12,595 nucleotides of DNA from a candidate division Zixibacteria bacterium SM23_73_2 (GTDB taxonomy: Bacteria > Zixibacteria > MSB-5A5 > SM23-73-2): positions 1-12,595 of the forward strand of contig LJUW01000063.1 of assembly GCA_001304315.1 (NCBI GenBank). Reading direction: 5' to 3'. Positions 6,192-12,595 of this stretch are shown one piece after another. Position 1 is the stretch's first letter, and each line of letters starts with the position of its first letter. The notes beneath the pieces were generated by a model. That model saw nothing but the letters and a program-made list of their open reading frames with translations, had not been told where the DNA came from and ran no database searches. The translations under genes were made by a program, and so were the position numbers.

Positions 6192-7130
6192 ATGGCAAAG
6201 AAAAGCATTCTTTTTACTGTTTTTTTATCAGTTTTTTTAACCGCATATTCACAAGCTGATGACTCCAGGGTTGGAACCACTGCCTATAATTTCTTGAAAA
6301 TAGGTGTGGGTGCCAGATCACAGGCTATGGGAAGTGCCTTCGTGGGGTTGGCTGACGATGAGACCGCATTGTTTTTCAATCCTTCCGGTATCGTGCAGAA
6401 CGATAAAAGAAGCTTTTCCATCTCCTACAACAACTATCTCACTGATATACAATCCGGATTTTTAGGTTACATTCATCCCTACAGCGAGAAAATCAATTTC
6501 GGAGCATATATAAGTTACTTCAATTACGGCTCCTTTGACGAAGTCGATAAAGAGGGAAACAATTTGGGCACCTTCGGAGCAGGGGATTTGTCCCTGGGAT
6601 TAGCTTATGCTCAGAGATTCGGGGAATATTTAAATCTGGGTACCTGCTTTAAGGTGGTTTACGGAACCATCAAGGATTACTCCTCGGACGCAATAGCTGT
6701 GGATCTGGGAGGATTATTTAAATTAAAAGACAACCGAACCAGGATGGGTTTTTCCTTGAGAAACTTAGGGATTCAGCTCAAGGGGTACACCGAGTCTCAC
6801 ACCGATCCCCTTCCCACCATTTTTGAGGTGGGTTTCTCACACAGCTTAAGGGGCCTGCCTTTGCTTTTCACCGTTGACACGGCCAAGCCCTTTGATAACG
6901 ACATCTTCTTCGATCTGGGAGGCGAGCTTTACGCTCTAAAGCCGCTTATTCTCAGGGCAGGTTGGAGCTCCTTTGGAGATAATTTCAAAACCGACTCGGA
7001 TGGGGATAATTGGGCCGGGCTGACCCTGGGATTCGGTGTTTTGTGGAAGGTTTACAGGTTCGATTATGCTTTTTCCTCCTATGCTGATCTGGGAGGAGTT
7101 CATCGGATCTCCGTTTCCGGGACATTATAA
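6192..7130 (+). CDS. Outer-membrane beta-barrel protein, PorV/PorQ-UPF0164-like (FadL-like fold)
   Basis: It has a signal peptide (FLSVFLTAYSQA). The motif GTTAYNFLKIGVGARSQAMGSAFVGLADDETALFFNPSGI is the conserved N-terminal signature of the PorV/UPF0164 family. The rest is rich in amphipathic Y/F/G beta-strands and ends in an aromatic residue region. Confidence 0.55.
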   Translation: MAKKSILFTVFLSVFLTAYSQADDSRVGTTAYNFLKIGVGARSQAMGSAFVGLADDETALFFNPSGIVQNDKRSFSISYNNYLTDIQSGFLGYIHPYSEKINFGAYISYFNYGSFDEVDKEGNNLGTFGAGDLSLGLAYAQRFGEYLNLGTCFKVVYGTIKDYSSDAIAVDLGGLFKLKDNRTRMGFSLRNLGIQLKGYTESHTDPLPTIFEVGFSHSLRGLPLLFTVDTAKPFDNDIFFDLGGELYALKPLILRAGWSSFGDNFKTDSDGDNWAGLTLGFGVLWKVYRFDYAFSSYADLGGVHRISVSGTL

Positions 7131-7153
7131 AATTTGCATATTAAGGGCTTGAA

Positions 7154-7357
7154 GTGAATATCTTCGATTTCTTCCAGGAGAGGTTGAAAAGTTTCTCGAT
7201 CTGGGATGTAAAGCTTTTGCAGTTCTCTGCGATTTTTATGATTTTAGTCATTGCGAAGTTAATCCCGTCGATCCTCCAAATAGAAATCTGGTGGTTTGTC
7301 CTATTGTGGATTTTAGTCACCCTGAGACCTGCCTACTTGATCTTCATTAAAAAGTAG
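7154..7357 (+). CDS. Hypothetical small membrane protein (67 aa, GTG start, about 2 TM helices)
   Basis: The ORF has a GTG start with AAGGG 6 nt upstream and a strongly hydrophobic product (FMILVIAKLIPSILQIEIWWFVLLWILVTL). No homology is recognised. It could be spurious. Confidence 0.3.
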   Translation: MNIFDFFQERLKSFSIWDVKLLQFSAIFMILVIAKLIPSILQIEIWWFVLLWILVTLRPAYLIFIKK

Positions 7358-7376
7358 CTTCAAAAAATTCAATTAA

Positions 7377-7404
7377 AATCCCAAATTCATTATTTTGGAT
7401 TTTT
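7377..7404 (+). terminator. Weak AT-rich intrinsic terminator (AATCCCAAA-ttcatta-TTTTGGATT + TTTT)
   Basis: An imperfect 9-bp stem with one mismatch is followed by TTTTGTT. It lies between the small ORF and the SPFH promoter. Confidence 0.3.
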
Positions 7405-7405
7405 G

Positions 7406-7433
7406 TTGACATCTTCTTTTATATGGATAATTT
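7406..7433 (+). promoter_or_regulatory. Candidate sigma70 promoter for the SPFH gene (TTGACA - 16 nt - TAATTT)
   Basis: TTGACA at 7406-7411 is followed by TAATTT at 7428-7433. The RBS GGAGG and the ATG at 7481 follow about 45 nt later. Confidence 0.4.
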
Positions 7434-7480
7434 AATAAAAAAGATGGTTAGGAACTTTTAAAAGATAGGAGGTAAAGAGA

Positions 7481-8281
7481 ATGAGAAAAACTTATTGGCT
7501 TTTTTTGGTTCTGCTTTCCCTTCTGGTTGTGGGATGCGGAACCGGCATACCATCTGGTCACAACGGGGTGAAGTATTTCAGGTTCAAGGGTGGAACTGAG
7601 ATGGGCAAAATCTATGGTGAAGGTTTTCAATGGCATCTACCCTGGAACACAATTTTTGTTTACCAGACCCAGATGCAGGACCGCAAGGAGGTTCTGCAGG
7701 TTCTATCCGCTGACGGAGCCTCGATCGAGCTGGAGACCTCAGTCTGGTATCGACCTATGGTCCAAAGACTTGATAGCCTTCAGATTACCATAGGTCCTGA
7801 TTATTATGAGGTAGCTATAGGTCCAGCCCTAAGAGGTGAAGCCAGAAGCATTGTGGGAAGATACAAACCGGATGAGATCTACTCAACCAAGAGGGAGATA
7901 ATTTCCCAGGAAATACGTGAATCGATGATGAAGCTGATGAAAGAGAAGTTTATCGAAATTCAGAATGTTATTATCCGGGATGTGAAACTTCCGCTGAAAA
8001 TAACCGAGGCGATCAATTTGAAATTAGCCGCTGATCAGGAACAGCAGAGAATGCAGTTCGTGTTACTGAAGGAAACGCAGGAGGCGGAAAGAAAAAGGAT
8101 CGAGGCTAAAGGTATAAGGGATTTTCAGGCAACTGTTACTCAGGGTCTGAATAAAAATCTACTCTTGTGGAAGGGGATTGAGGCCACCGAGAGATTAGCC
8201 CAGAGCTCTAATACCAAGATAGTTGTTATTGGCAGCTCCGAATCAGGACTGCCTTTGATCTTAGGGGGAGAAGGCAAGTAA
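7481..8281 (+). CDS. SPFH/band-7 (prohibitin/HflC-like) domain lipoprotein
   Basis: It has a signal peptide with lipobox LVVGC. The SPFH core (VLSADGASIELETSVWYR...YYEVAIGPALRGEARSIVGRYKPDEIYS.REIIS.EI) is followed by a coiled-coil region (AADQEQQRMQFVLLKETQEAERKRIEAKG). RBS GGAGG is present. Confidence 0.8.
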   Translation: MRKTYWLFLVLLSLLVVGCGTGIPSGHNGVKYFRFKGGTEMGKIYGEGFQWHLPWNTIFVYQTQMQDRKEVLQVLSADGASIELETSVWYRPMVQRLDSLQITIGPDYYEVAIGPALRGEARSIVGRYKPDEIYSTKREIISQEIRESMMKLMKEKFIEIQNVIIRDVKLPLKITEAINLKLAADQEQQRMQFVLLKETQEAERKRIEAKGIRDFQATVTQGLNKNLLLWKGIEATERLAQSSNTKIVVIGSSESGLPLILGGEGK

Positions 8282-8299
8282 AACTAAAGGAGGTTTAAG

Positions 8300-8557
8300 A
8301 TGCCGGAGGAAGAGGTTGGAAAGATTTCCGATTACTTCGCCAAGATCGGCGTTGCCGCGATCGAGTTAACCGGGACTCTATCCGTTGGCGATACCATTCA
8401 CATCAAAGGTCATACCACCGATTTCACCCAGAATGTGGATTCGATACAGATCGAGCACCAGCAAGTTGAAAAGGCCAATCCCGGCGATTCAATCGGAATC
8501 AAAGTAAAGGACCGGGTAAGGGATAACGATATCGTTTACAAGGTGACCGAGGAGTAA
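8300..8557 (+). CDS. Small standalone beta-barrel protein resembling translation-factor domain II (EF-Tu D2-like)
   Basis: The 85-aa product has VGDTIHIKG...VDSIQIEHQQVEKANPGDSIGIKV...VRDNDIVYKV, which follows the G.V..G....GD...I......V.SI......V..A..GD..G..L pattern of EF-Tu/IF2/SelB domain II barrels. RBS AGGAGG is present. It starts 18 nt after the SPFH gene. Confidence 0.5.
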   Translation: MPEEEVGKISDYFAKIGVAAIELTGTLSVGDTIHIKGHTTDFTQNVDSIQIEHQQVEKANPGDSIGIKVKDRVRDNDIVYKVTEE

Positions 8558-8618
8558 AAGCTTTAGAATTATTGATTTTAACTTTTGTTTACACTCCAAT
8601 GTTATCTAAGTGCCTGAC

Positions 8619-8704
8619 GAGTCACCCGACTCGAGAGGGTTCGTCCGCCAGGTCAGCCTGCCCCAGGTCGGGCAGGCCGGTCAGGGAAACCTGGGGAGCA
8701 CAAG
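8619..8704 (+). ncRNA. Structured GC-rich leader, copy B of the GCCAGGTCAGCCT...GCACAAG motif, upstream of the 8731 CDS
   Basis: It contains hairpins CGAGTC-ACCC-GACTCG (8619-8634), GCCTGCCC-caggtc-GGGCAGGC (8656-8677) and UCAGG-GAAA-CCUGG (8681-8694). It shares the 13-mer GCCAGGTCAGCCT (8647-8659) and GCACAAG (8698-8704) with 606-652. It ends 26 nt before the ATG. Confidence 0.3.
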
Positions 8705-8730
8705 ACCGAAATTGTTAAAAAAGGCTAAAG

Positions 8731-9237
8731 ATGATTAATTTGGATGACCTTTCCCGCAAACAGCTTGTCGGGATGCTGGATGATTTTGCCAAAAACTGGC
8801 TGGCTCACGATGGCTTGTGGTTTCAGGCGGTGGAGAAAAGATACGGGATGGATGTCGCCATCCAGTGCGACAGAGCTGCCTGGGAACACTTTACCGTTAT
8901 CGAGGCGAAAAGGATAATGAAACGCCATAACATACCCCAGGGAAGCGGGCTTTCCGGATTGAAAAAAGCTCTGGGATACCGGCTTTACAGCAGATTGAAC
9001 AAGCAGGAGATAATCGAGGAGAAAGAGAGAAGTTTTGTCTTCAGAATGAACGACTGCCGGGTTCAATCCGCACGCAAGAGAAGGGGACTTCTCGACTTTC
9101 CCTGCAAGCCAGTGGGAATAGTCGAATACAGTGAATTTGCTCGGGCGATCGATCCCAGGATCCGCACCACCTGCCTTAACTGCCCCCCGGATGAGCACCC
9201 GGATGAATTTTACTGCGCCTGGTTGTTTGAGATTTAA
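8731..9237 (+). CDS. Hypothetical cytosolic protein (168 aa) with a C-terminal Cys/His cluster (C..C...C.PPDEHPDEFYC)
   Basis: It has protein-like composition and runs into the bidirectional terminator at 9323-9358. The antisense ORF 8725-9240 is judged a shadow. No confident family assignment is possible. It resembles small DUF proteins with the WLAHDGLWFQAVE motif. Confidence 0.55.
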   Translation: MINLDDLSRKQLVGMLDDFAKNWLAHDGLWFQAVEKRYGMDVAIQCDRAAWEHFTVIEAKRIMKRHNIPQGSGLSGLKKALGYRLYSRLNKQEIIEEKERSFVFRMNDCRVQSARKRRGLLDFPCKPVGIVEYSEFARAIDPRIRTTCLNCPPDEHPDEFYCAWLFEI

Positions 9238-9261
9238 CAAGCGAATTCAAAGCAAAGATTA

Positions 9262-9311
9262 CCTCACCCCTTGCCCCTCTCCACTTGTGGAGAGGGGAAA
9301 CAGGGGTGAGG
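9262..9311. other. Compound GC-rich hairpin (about 22 bp: CCTCACCCCTTG/CAGGGGTGAGG outside, CCCCTCTCCA-cttg-TGGAGAGGGG inside)
   Basis: A perfect 10-bp inner stem (9274-9283 / 9288-9297) is stacked on an 11-12 bp outer stem (9262-9273 / 9301-9311) with a small internal loop. No U-tract lies on either side. Confidence 0.5.
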
Positions 9312-9322
9312 ATAAAAAGATA

Positions 9323-9358
9323 GGCGCAACCTTCCCGGAAGGGGCAGGTTGCGTTTTT
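9323..9358. terminator. Bidirectional rho-independent terminator between convergent genes (CGCAACCT-tcccggaaggggc-AGGTTGCG + TTTTTCTTT)
   Basis: An 8-bp stem (9325-9332 / 9346-9353) has an inner CCC/GGG extension. It is followed by T9354-T9358 on the plus strand and by UAUCUUUUU on the minus strand. It lies between the stop at 9237 (plus) and the stop at 9361-9363 (minus). Confidence 0.7.
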
Positions 9359-9360
9359 CT

Positions 9361-11574
9361 TTAAGGGCACCCTGGTTTTGGTCCTCCCTTTAAATGATAA
9401 TTAGCTAAATAGATCGCATCCGCTAACTCAAATTTACCGTCGCAGTTGACATCCCCTGAACCCAGAGGACAGGGTGCTGTTCCTGATTTCAAAAGATAGT
9501 TGGCTAAATAGATGACATCGGATAGATCGATTTTGCCGTTATCCTGCATATCCCCCATGGCATAGAGATATTCGAAAGCTCCGATATCGATTCTTCTTCC
9601 TGCACTATCTGGAAAATCATACCAGGGATCTCCTGCATCGATGCAGGCTGAGCTGCAAAGAAGAGCATAATTTATGGTATCGGAGACAATAGGATCTCTT
9701 ATTATGTTGTAAAAACTATCGCATGGGATTCCATTGAAATTAGTGCCCCAGGTGGTATCACCGATTCCTATAACATCGATAAAATTCTCTCCATTGCCCC
9801 ACACATCGTTGAAGAACACAGAAGGCAGAGCATTCCACTCACAAACTATCCCCGATTCATCGTTTTTGGCAATGATGTTATTTTTTATATCCGGGTTTGA
9901 TTCTCCAAAACAATAGATCCCAGTCATCAGAGCATGATCTGGATCAGAATAATTATAGGCAATAGTATTATTTGTGATCTTTGGTGAGGAGTTGTTTATG
10001 CAGTAAATCCCTGCTCCCCAGGTAGGTGCCTCGACCCAGTAGGAGAAATTATCATATATGATATTTCCAATGATTTCCGGTGAACTCGAATTGCAGTGGA
10101 TCACTCCTCCATCATCGAGTATCGTGTTTGACCTTAAGATGTTATGTTTTATGGTGGGTGAGGAGTTTTTACACCAAACTCCCGGTCCCGCACCGCTCCC
10201 CGCTCTTCCATTCTGAATGGTAAATCCCTGAATTATGGAATTTGAATCCTCCCCGGTTGTACAGGAAACCACCATACCAGATCCTCCTGCGTCTATGATA
10301 GTCGATTTTATGGAATATGGATCGAGGTCAAAAATAAAACCACTTGCTACACATATGTGCTTGCCTTTAAAAGTAATATTCTCGTAATAAGTTCCAGATA
10401 CCGCCAGGATAGTATCCCCCTCAATTGCCTCATCGATTCCTTTCTGGATCGTTCTGAATGGGTTGTCTTGAGTTCCATTGCCGGTTGAATCATCGCCGGT
10501 TATGGAAACATGCAGTATTCCCGGTAGAAGATGGCAGCCCATCCCAAAGGCTCCCATATCCACACCTCCCTGTCCGGCTCCAACACAGGGAGAGATCAAG
10601 TTTAGATAAAAGTTTTCAGCTTCTGAATCGCAGAAAAGAGGATCTGCGGATATGCAACCTTGGCTTGGGTTTACCCCCTCATAATTGGAGGGATTGTTGT
10701 TCCAGACGTCGTTGTATCCGATCAGGGGAGTGGTTGATTCCTCGAGATATATTCCCGCACCGGAATCAGAATCTACTACGATGTTGTTAAGCACGGTGGA
10801 AGAGCCGGTATAGTATATACAGATCCCTCCTCCATATGCTGCACCGTTTTTTACGATGGTATTGTTGATCACCTTATTGTTATACCCCTCCTGTCCTGCT
10901 ACCAGGACTCCTCCCCCGTGACTGGAAGTGCTGTTTTTGAGGATGAGGTTGTTTTCAATTTTGGTACCTTTACAATGTAACAGGTGGATACCAGCGCCAT
11001 TTGCAGCTTGGTTTAATGCAATCAGATTATTTCTGATCAATGCGTCACAGTTTCCTAGAAAAATTCCTCCTCCGCAAAACAGGGCCTGGTTACTCAGGAT
11101 AACATTTTCTTCCAGAACAGGATGACCCGAATGACAGAAAATACCAGCCCCGTGCCCAAGGGATCTGGTCTTATTTTCCCGGATGATGTTGTTTTTTATC
11201 CTGGGCGAGGAATTTTGGCATTTAATCCCCCCACCCTGAAAAACATTGTGGGCGCCAGTGACGGTGAAACCGTCCAGAATCGAGGAGGTATCCTCACCCG
11301 AGGTAAATATTACTATGCTGAGACCATCCTGCGCCTTAGTTATGGTAGTGCTCTCTGGCCCAGCCTGGCTTTTGACCAGTATCGCCTTACCTATAAAGTT
11401 TATGTGCTCGTAATAGGTTCCCGGAGCTACCAGAACGGTATCCCCATTTACTGCCCCATTTATCCCCGCCTGAATGGTGGATGAATCAGCCGGAACGTAG
11501 ACGATATTTGCTTTAACGGTAAATGGAACCAGAAATAAAAGGGAAAAAAGTAAAAGCATTTTTAGTTTGACCAT
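9361..11574 (-). CDS. Secreted right-handed parallel beta-helix (pectin-lyase-fold, NosD-like) repeat protein with an internally duplicated module and a C-terminal dockerin-like tandem repeat
   Basis: It has a signal peptide (MVKLKMLLLFSLLFLVPFTVKA). Two homologous N-terminal modules are seen (NIVYVP..DSSTIQAGINGAVNGDTVLVAPGTYYEHINFIGKAI versus ILHVSITGDD...TIQKGIDEAIEGDTILAVSGTYYENITFKGKHI). Many NN.I..N beta-helix repeat rungs follow. The C-terminus GDMQDNGKIDLSDVIYLANYLLKSG...GDVNCDGKFELADAIYLANYHLKGG consists of two dockerin-type Ca-binding repeats. RBS GGAG is present. Confidence 0.8.
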   Translation of the reverse strand: MVKLKMLLLFSLLFLVPFTVKANIVYVPADSSTIQAGINGAVNGDTVLVAPGTYYEHINFIGKAILVKSQAGPESTTITKAQDGLSIVIFTSGEDTSSILDGFTVTGAHNVFQGGGIKCQNSSPRIKNNIIRENKTRSLGHGAGIFCHSGHPVLEENVILSNQALFCGGGIFLGNCDALIRNNLIALNQAANGAGIHLLHCKGTKIENNLILKNSTSSHGGGVLVAGQEGYNNKVINNTIVKNGAAYGGGICIYYTGSSTVLNNIVVDSDSGAGIYLEESTTPLIGYNDVWNNNPSNYEGVNPSQGCISADPLFCDSEAENFYLNLISPCVGAGQGGVDMGAFGMGCHLLPGILHVSITGDDSTGNGTQDNPFRTIQKGIDEAIEGDTILAVSGTYYENITFKGKHICVASGFIFDLDPYSIKSTIIDAGGSGMVVSCTTGEDSNSIIQGFTIQNGRAGSGAGPGVWCKNSSPTIKHNILRSNTILDDGGVIHCNSSSPEIIGNIIYDNFSYWVEAPTWGAGIYCINNSSPKITNNTIAYNYSDPDHALMTGIYCFGESNPDIKNNIIAKNDESGIVCEWNALPSVFFNDVWGNGENFIDVIGIGDTTWGTNFNGIPCDSFYNIIRDPIVSDTINYALLCSSACIDAGDPWYDFPDSAGRRIDIGAFEYLYAMGDMQDNGKIDLSDVIYLANYLLKSGTAPCPLGSGDVNCDGKFELADAIYLANYHLKGGPKPGCP

Positions 11575-11644
11575 AATAATCTCCTTTTTAGAGATTTAAG
11601 TTCTGTCTATATACAAATTACTATTTTCACTGAGTTTCACTATT

Positions 11645-11673
11645 AATTTACATTAAAGAAGCGATTTTGTCAA
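11645..11673 (-). promoter_or_regulatory. Candidate sigma70 promoter for the beta-helix gene (minus strand: TTGACA - 17 nt - TAAATT)
   Basis: The revcomp of 11668-11673 is TTGACA. A 17-nt spacer follows, and the revcomp of 11645-11650 is TAAATT. This lies about 70 nt upstream of the ATG at 11574. Confidence 0.4.
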
Positions 11674-11695
11674 CCAGTTTTTTTGTCTAAAACTG

Positions 11696-11723
11696 TTGAC
11701 ATTTTTCTTTTTTTGGGTAAATT
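11696..11723 (+). promoter_or_regulatory. Candidate sigma70 promoter for the yifB-like gene (TTGACA - 16 nt - TAAATT); its -35 is in an inverted repeat with the divergent promoter's -35
   Basis: TTGACA is at 11696-11701 and TAAATT at 11718-11723. TGTCAAC (11668-11674) and GTTGACA (11695-11701) form an inverted repeat. Confidence 0.35.
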
Positions 11724-11766
11724 GGGGAAAATAGTAAGATAAGAAGGGTTTAATCAAAAGGATTAT

Positions 11767-12595
11767 ATGCTCGCCAAGGTTTTATCCTCAGCTGTTTTGG
11801 GAATCGATGCTTATGTGGTTGAAGTCGAAACCGACCTTTTCCCCCAGCTTCCCTCCTTTGCCATAGTGGGTCTTCCTGATAATGCGGTGAAGGAGAGCAA
11901 GGAGAGGGTTCAGTCCGCCATCAAAAACTCAGGATTTTATTTCCCTTCTAAAAAAGTAACCATAAATTTGGCTCCTGCGGATATAAGAAAGGAGGGCTCC
12001 TCCTTTGACCTTCCCATCGCAGTGGGAATATTGGCTGCCACCGGTCAGCTGAAAAGGCAGGAATATGATGAATATATAATGTTGGGAGAGCTATCCCTGG
12101 ATGGCAGCTTAAGACCCGTTCACGGCTCTCTGCCCATGGCGCTTTCTGCTCAGAAAAGCAAGAAAAAAGGGATGATCTTACCCAAAAAGAATGCCAAAGA
12201 GGCTGCCATGGCAGAGGATCTTAATATCTATCCGGTTGATTCTTTATCTAAAGCAGTTGAGTTTTTAGAGGATAGTGATACCGTCAAACCTTTTAAGATC
12301 GATATCGCAGACGTTTTTGAGAAAGCTCTGGAGTATCAGGTTGATTTCTCCGATGTCAAAGGTCAACAGCATGCCAAACGCTCCCTGGAGGTAGCAGCAG
12401 CGGGTGGTCACAATATTATTTTAATAGGTCCTCCGGGCTCAGGCAAAACCATGCTGGCGCGAAGGATGCCCACAATTCTTCCCAATCTGACCCTGGAGGA
12501 GGCTCTGGAGACCACCAAGATTCACTCGGTAGCTGGGGTCTTGCCCTCTGATGCTGCTTTGATCGCCACCCGACCATTTAGATCACCTCATCATA
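11767..12595 (+). CDS. YifB/ComM family Mg-chelatase-like AAA+ ATPase, N-terminal 276 aa; continues past the right edge
   Basis: It has MLAKVLSSAVLGIDAYVVEVETDL...FAIVGLPDNAVKESKERVQSAIKNSGFYFPSKKVTINLAPADIRKEGSSFDLPIAVGILAA and the Walker A motif GPPGSGKTMLA. No stop codon falls in the window. Confidence 0.9.
   Translation, partial: MLAKVLSSAVLGIDAYVVEVETDLFPQLPSFAIVGLPDNAVKESKERVQSAIKNSGFYFPSKKVTINLAPADIRKEGSSFDLPIAVGILAATGQLKRQEYDEYIMLGELSLDGSLRPVHGSLPMALSAQKSKKKGMILPKKNAKEAAMAEDLNIYPVDSLSKAVEFLEDSDTVKPFKIDIADVFEKALEYQVDFSDVKGQQHAKRSLEVAAAGGHNIILIGPPGSGKTMLARRMPTILPNLTLEEALETTKIHSVAGVLPSDAALIATRPFRSPHH

Noticed and set aside
8613-8640. CUGACGAG...GAGA resembling a hammerhead ribozyme core (CUGANGA ... 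GAAA).
   Set aside because: After the putative stem II (GUC-ACCC-GAC), the sequence reads UCGAGAGG rather than the invariant GAAA. No cleavage-site helix III can be built. It is most likely a chance match.
8633-8650. GGGTTCGTCC looks like a tRNA T-loop (GGTTCGANTCC).
   Set aside because: No T-stem complement, acceptor stem or anticodon arm can be assembled around it.
8640-8704. Resemblance of CCAGGUCAG...GGUCAGG-GAAA-CCUGG-GGAGCAC to bacterial SRP (4.5S) RNA helix 8 (CCAGGUCAGGUCC-GGAA-GGAAGCAGCC).
   Set aside because: No complementary 3' arm exists, because the downstream sequence runs into the 8731 CDS. The motif occurs twice and copy A lacks AGCAG. SRP RNA is single-copy and forms a long closed hairpin.
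8725-9240. A 171-aa minus-strand ORF antisense to the 8731-9237 plus ORF.
   Set aside because: The plus-strand ORF has more protein-like composition and is followed by a plus-oriented terminator. The minus ORF would need a promoter inside the terminator hairpins at 9241-9360. This is kept as a caveat rather than fully excluded.
1-12595. Checked for CRISPR arrays, transposase or integrase genes, tRNA or rRNA genes and toxin-antitoxin pairs.
   Set aside because: No spacer-interleaved direct repeats, no IS-like ORFs and no rRNA or tRNA hallmarks were found. The only repeats are the 26-bp direct repeat pair and the short hairpin families described above.

Overview
This 12.6 kb window has about 42% GC and is chromosomal-looking, from a bacterium with an outer membrane. 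The FBP aldolase/phosphatase, the dockerin-tailed beta-helix protein and the PorV-like barrel together suggest a deep-branching or candidate-phylum anaerobe. It carries ordinary metabolic and envelope genes: a partial fructose-1,6-bisphosphate aldolase/phosphatase on the minus strand, a PspC plus LiaF-like toastrack membrane pair, hutU and hutI translationally coupled to an LptE-like lipoprotein, a PorV/UPF0164-like outer-membrane barrel, an SPFH lipoprotein followed by a standalone EF-Tu-domain-2-like beta-barrel protein, a Cys-rich hypothetical, a 737-aa secreted beta-helix protein with a C-terminal dockerin-like tail on the minus strand, and a partial YifB/ComM Mg-chelatase-like ATPase. No rRNA, tRNA, CRISPR array, transposase or recognisable defence gene is present. 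The unexplained structure is all non-coding. (1) The 718-bp divergent intergenic region 208-925 holds a roughly 230-bp module flanked by 26-bp direct repeats. One repeat carries a 22-bp hairpin insertion. The module contains a GC-rich hairpin and a convergent pair of terminator hairpins. (2) The same GC-rich motif (GCCAGGTCAGCCT ... GCACAAG) occurs again at 8647-8704, just upstream of an unrelated gene. (3) Three palindromes of the form GTCNNGAG-N4-CTCNNGAC sit at the hut genes. (4) A 22-bp compound hairpin lies next to a bidirectional terminator. These are the best candidates for something undescribed, such as a small RNA, a REP/MITE-like element or operator sites. I cannot assign any of them to a known RNA family from sequence alone.
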